Assembly (NCBI GenBank): GCA_001275005.1
Contig: JWZX01003121.1
Coordinates: 1 to 34,293, forward strand
Length of the DNA: 34,293 nucleotides
Direction of reading: 5' to 3'
DNA from: Chrysochromulina tobinii
Lineage: Eukaryota
Shown here: positions 29,830 through 34,293 of the stretch, piece by piece
How the letters are laid out: each line of letters begins with the position of its first letter
Numbering within the stretch: position 1 is the stretch's first letter
Notes under the pieces: generated by a model
Databases searched by the model: none
Seen by the model: only the letters and a program-made list of their open reading frames with translations
Told to the model about the DNA's origin: nothing
Program-made: the position numbers and the translations under genes

Positions 29830-31612
29830 TTATTCCAGCTCCTCCGGTGGCACTGGTTTGGCTCGGCCGGCGTTGCCCCCAGCGGGAATGCGCTTACATG
29901 GAGGCAGCGAGTCGATGGGCGGTGGCTCATACTCCCAATATGGACCATCTGGAAGGTGCTCACGGTATGCTTCTGCGTACTCCTTCTCGACACTCGCGTG
30001 CAGGCGCCCAAAGTGATCATGCACGATGGGCGGTGCGTGGGTGCGGCAGGTCTCGAGCGCGGCGCCTGTGAGTCGTCGGCCCTCGGCGAGCCGAGCGAGC
30101 TGATGGCCGTACTCGTTCACGCGCTCGAAGACCGCGTCCGCATTTATCCGGTGCGTCTTGGCCGCATGCTGCTGAGCCAGCCCACCGAGCAGAAGCCGAT
30201 TGGCCTCAATGACCGCGAGCCATTCGGAGCTGAAGCTGCGAAACGGACGCTTGTTGGTGCGCCGGATCTGCTCAGACACCTCCTCGAACATGGACGCGCA
30301 CTCGGCCGCAAGTTTCTCGAGCATCTCTGGCTGCGCCGAGTTTTCCTCGCGTATCTTGAGATACAGGGCCTTTTGGGCCTGCGCGAGCATCAGGCCGCTC
30401 AGGATGCTGACCGTATCGCCGCTCAGGTCCTCGCAGCCGTGCCACGGGCCTTCCTGCTGGCTGACCTCGGCGAGCTTGTCCAGCGTGAACGCCGCCTGTT
30501 GATAAAGTTTGAACGCGTCCTTATGTGGCTTCCCGTTGGCCAGGTCGGCGAGCGAGGCGGCTAGGTTGAAGAGTGCGCATGCGAGCTCGTAACCCCACGA
30601 CGAGGTGGGCGGCTGCTCGTGGCCGGTGAACGCATCCGTCCATGCGAGCCGAGGCAAGTCCGAGGATGCCCTTCGCAAGCCACACGCCGCATCCGCCGCC
30701 GCTGCAAGGGTGTAATAGCGACCGCACAAGTTGCGACGATCGACCACGCCAGCGCCTTCTGTGGGGGCAGCCACGAAGTCATCCGCAATCTTCCTCAGAC
30801 TCTCGCGAAGGGCATCGCACTCCTTGGCTTTGGTAAGGGCCTCGGCTTCGTTCGCGGGCTGGCCGGCAGGGCTGCCGAAGGGCATCGAGCCGAAAGGCGA
30901 GCCGAATGAGGCCCGGCTCGGACGGCCGCCGACTGCCGGGGCGGGCGAGGTACCGGCGGTAGCAGCCGAACGCGAGGTACCGGCGTCCGCCGAACGAATG
31001 AGAGGTGCAAGGCACAAGCGGCTCCGAGGTACCTTGAGGCTGAAGCTGAGCATTCCGTGCGAGGACACGTACCAACGGGCGTTTGCGCGCCAGCGGGTGG
31101 CCCGCCAGCGCCACCGAGCGAGCTGCGCCCCGAACAAAGCGACAATGGTGATCGCCACGTAAGGCGCCAGCGCTAGGACGAAATCGCACATGAAGGCGTA
31201 CATCGCGTGCGTATTCGGGCTGACTCCCCAGAGCAGCACAGCGCACATGACAGCAAGGACGGCGCGTGCCTGTTCTTGGGAGGACCGCCAGCGCCACTGA
31301 GCGAGCTGCAAAGCGGCAACTGTGCCCGCGACGTAAGGCGTAAACGCGAGAACGCGACTGCGCACGAAGGCGTACATCGCGTGCGTAGTCGGGCTGACTC
31401 CCCAGAGCAGCACAGCGCACATGACAGCAAGGACGGCGCGTACGGCGCGTGCCTGCTCTTGGGAGAGCTGCGTCGCGGGGACGGCGGGTGCGGCCCTTGA
31501 CGCGGATGCGGTGGCAACAGGCGCTGAGAAACCGCTGTCTGGCCGCCCGCGCGCGGGCGAATGCGCGGGTCGGCTGAGCGGCGGAGCCGGAGGAGCCGCA
31601 GCCGCAGCCGGG
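29830..31612 (-). CDS. Transmembrane block + BRO1 domain (3' part of probable LEM-like-TM-BRO1 gene)
   Basis: BRO1 features: CDALRES, RYY, LAWTDAF, SWGYELACALFNLAA, AFKLYQQAA, LMLAQAQ, EYGHQLARL, terminal AKPVP; no V domain follows. Confidence 0.85.
31102..31465. repeat. Intragenic tandem duplication, period 174 bp, encoding hydrophobic segments
   Basis: gctgactccccagagcagcacagcgcacatgacagcaaggacggcgcgt is identical at 31219 and 31393. Confidence 0.92.
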
Positions 31613-32437
31613 CTAGCTCGCGCTGGAAAAGGTAACCTCGGAATCATATCTCTGTGGAGCTGCTGGGGCGGCCGATGGTCGCCACGCATACCATGGTCCG
31701 GCAGCAGGAGGAATGGGCGCCGGTGGCTGCGCACGTGGCTGTGATGATGACTGAAGCACAGAGGCCGCGGCGGCACTAGCAAATGCAGCAGGTGGGTGTT
31801 GTTGGCTCAGCGGCACATTTTGGTTCGGCGCGGGGGGGGCTGGCCAGGATGAGCGCCCTGAGGCTGCCGAAGCCGCAGGTGGACCCGTTGCTGGACCCGT
31901 CGAACGCCTTGCTGGACTCGTCGCAGATCGCCGTGCGCCGCTTGTGTGTGTGTGCCACAGTACCTCATAGTCATACTTCGTCAACTTCCCCGTAGGCAAG
32001 CGAATGCCGAGGCGCGTCAACTCACGTTTGTACTCCGCGATCGTGCTTGGCGGGATGAGTGCCAGGCGCCGAGCATTCAGTTCATCCAGATCTCCGTGGA
32101 GTCTTTGATCGCTGAAGGACCGCAGCCCGGCACCGCCGGCGGCCACCACATCAGGCTGCTTGATCAGGCTCGCCCAGCGACCGTCGAGCTCAACAAGATG
32201 TTTCACTTCGATCGTGGGTCGTGCCGGGCCCGGAATTTGCTTTGCAAGGACCTCGGCAAGATTGCGCCCCGCTTGAGGCGGAGCAAAGAGCACGCCATCT
32301 CGGAGGCAGAGCAGATCGCTGACGAGTTTGATGAACTCATCGAAGTCAAACATGCCATCTCCGTTATCGTCGTACAGCGTCACCACGGACACGACATTTA
32401 GTTCCACCTCGTACGCAGACCTGCGCCAAGGAGGCAT
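31613..32437 (-). CDS. EF-hand + LEM-like/HeH domain + Pro/Ser/Ala linker (5' part of the same probable gene)
   Basis: EF loop DDNGDGMFDFDE; TIAEYKRELTRLGIRLPTGKLTKYDYEVLWHTH fits the LEM-like/HeH pattern; first in-frame ATG at 32437, though an upstream exon is possible. Confidence 0.7.
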   Translation of the reverse strand: MPPWRRSAYEVELNVVSVVTLYDDNGDGMFDFDEFIKLVSDLLCLRDGVLFAPPQAGRNLAEVLAKQIPGPARPTIEVKHLVELDGRWASLIKQPDVVAAGGAGLRSFSDQRLHGDLDELNARRLALIPPSTIAEYKRELTRLGIRLPTGKLTKYDYEVLWHTHTSGARRSATSPARRSTGPATGPPAASAASGRSSWPAPPAPNQNVPLSQQHPPAAFASAAAASVLQSSSQPRAQPPAPIPPAAGPWYAWRPSAAPAAPQRYDSEVTFSSAS

Positions 32438-32745
32438 CAACTCACAGTTGCACAGGGGTCGTGCCTCGTTTGCGTCCCACGCGGAGAGAGGACGGCCCAC
32501 GAACGAGAGTCTCTCTCGAGGCAGACAGAGGGGGGGACCACGCGCACGGCCCGGACAACCCAAGCACAGTCTCGTGTGAACCGAATTCTAAACATTGGCT
32601 GTGAACCTGTGCTAATTTAACACTCTCGACGGTACGAGGACCCAGCGCGGGTTCCTAACAGTTGGTTCCTACCGGTACCCGTATGTTGGCTGTGACCTGT
32701 GACCTGTGCGGGAAAGCGCGAATCATGGCGCGAATCAGCGTGCAC

Positions 32746-32799
32746 AATGGTATCAATCACGCATTAAGTACAAAATGGTATCAATCACGCATAAGTACA
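32746..32799. repeat. Direct repeat aatggtatcaatcacgcat(t)aagtaca x2, partial third copy at 32875-32887
   Basis: Read directly. Confidence 0.9.
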
Positions 32800-32946
32800 C
32801 GTTCACGTTAAATTGCCATCTCGGCAAGACGCACAGCCACAGGTCCCGTGGAGACACAACGTGGGAGGCGCAGAACGCATAAGTACAGAGTAAACTCAAT
32901 TATGAGACATAAAGTTAGAGAGAAACCGTGAACGAACGCGAGACGA

Positions 32947-34096
32947 TCATACGAGTATCCGGCCGGCGCATGACGAGGCGGTGCGCGCCAGCCCAGCCAC
33001 CGTTGGTGTTGGATTGCGATTGGCCGTAGCTTCATATCGCTCGGGTGCCCAAATAAGGCCGACTCCAGTCCCTTGAGAAAGCTGCGCTCGATCATCTACG
33101 GACATCAAACGCGCCCACGGACGCATGGGTGCCCGCGGCAAGCCACGCAAGGCAATGACTGGCGACTCACCATTGATGGAGAAGACCAGGGTACCCGCAT
33201 CGTGATCCACGCCCACCTCTACGTCAACGACTCCTTTTGAGCCGCCGGCAGGCTCGCTGACGCTGTACATTTGATGTGTCGCCCAGCCAAAACTTGCGGG
33301 TTGTGGGCCTGACTGTGCCCCATTGCGGACCTTGCCATCACTGTCACGGGTCCACCGAAGCAAGCGGCCGGACTGCATGTGCAAGCCCCAGCCCACACGC
33401 GAATCCGCGTCGCACACGCCAATACAAGCACGTCCAGCTCGTCCATCGCGCTGCTCGACACGCAGAACAAAGGAGCACTTTCCCGACGGCGGAAGTAGAG
33501 AGCCTGCCGCCCATGCATCCAGCCCAGACTCACGCACGAGCAGGTCACCATGGGTGACACGGTGGCGCTGTGTAAGAGATGAATCCCAAGCCAAGTGGAT
33601 TAGCTGACGTGGTAAACGACGGCGCGACGTGGATGGCTGAGGCGATTCGCCAGGCGCTTGACGGAGCACCCTCCGCATGCGACGTCCAATCAACCCCGGA
33701 AGCTCGCGGATGGGCGGCAAACGATGTGCAGATTTGCGCGCCTGGAGTAATACTTGGTCGCGGATTTCTCGCAAAGGTCGTGCCCAACGCCTTCGCGCGG
33801 AGGCGGATGGGCTGCGCGAGCGCGTGGCCGCACTGGACGAGCCGGGTGCGATAGAGGCGCCGCGCGTGGATGCCGCACTACCGGAAGACGACCTGGACTG
33901 ATGGCGCAAAAAGCGAGGCATGAGGCGAATCGATGACGAATTGCGCCGTGACGGGCGCTTTCTGGAACGAACAACCAAGCACATACATAAATTCAGTCAG
34001 TGCTCTCGTGACCGAGCAGTACGCGCCGGCTACGGGGGCGGAGGGCGGGCGGGCAGCCACGAGCGCGCTTCGACTTGTCCGTTGTCCCAGCTCCAT
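32947..34096 (-). CDS. Protein with a SPRY/B30.2-like beta-sandwich domain; possible intron 33962-34022
   Basis: SGKCSFVLRVE...CIGVCD...WGL...VEVGVDHDAGTLVFSING...MRPWARL resembles SPRY; GC|GTACTG donor and CTGAC...TTCCAG acceptor join ATG 34096 in phase 2; alternative start 33921. Confidence 0.6.
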
Positions 34097-34217
34097 TTGC
34101 CGAGCTCCCAGGTGCCCGCTTCCGTACGTCGTCACTCGTTACCTCGTCACCTCGTCACTGACAGAAACGTCACAGCCGTGCGTGTGCTCATCGAAACTGT
34201 GAGAGATGGGGTGACGT

Positions 34218-34293
34218 GGGGTTTCCTATCCTTTTTGGGGGGGGTTTCCTATCGGATACGTATCCTGATGTATTCCGATGTATCCTGCATGTA
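34218..34293. repeat. Repeat-like terminus (ggggtttcctatc x2, palindrome ggatacgtatcc, gtat(c/t)c-gat units), possibly the edge of a dispersed repeat
   Basis: Read directly; truncated by the window end. Confidence 0.45.

Noticed and set aside
1..34293. Autonomous transposon, viral insert, rRNA or tRNA genes
   Set aside because: No transposase, RT, integrase or capsid motifs and no recognisable structural RNA seen by eye.

Overview
Gene-dense, GC-rich eukaryotic nuclear DNA with few GT-AG introns. Several proteins carry bipartite (signal peptide + aromatic +1 residue) plastid-targeting leaders, so a red-lineage complex-plastid alga is inferred, most consistent with a haptophyte (not proven). 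About 16 genes: three adjacent plastid-targeted genes (81-aa protein, stand-alone SRP54 M-domain protein, RH3/DDX21-type DEAD-box helicase), a tandem-FHA protein, a ~1450-aa IQ protein, a GT61 fusion, a La-motif protein with C-terminal hydrophobic helices, an ABHD/YheT hydrolase, an ankyrin-WW protein, a histidine phosphatase, RRP9, a SPRY-like protein and three hypothetical proteins. The most striking candidate is at 29830-32437 (-): EF-hand + LEM-like/HeH domain + duplicated transmembrane block + BRO1 domain, split across two frames. If it is one protein, it would be a LEM2/Heh1-like nuclear-envelope protein carrying its own ESCRT-III-binding domain. All domain calls are by-eye motif recognition; no searches were run.
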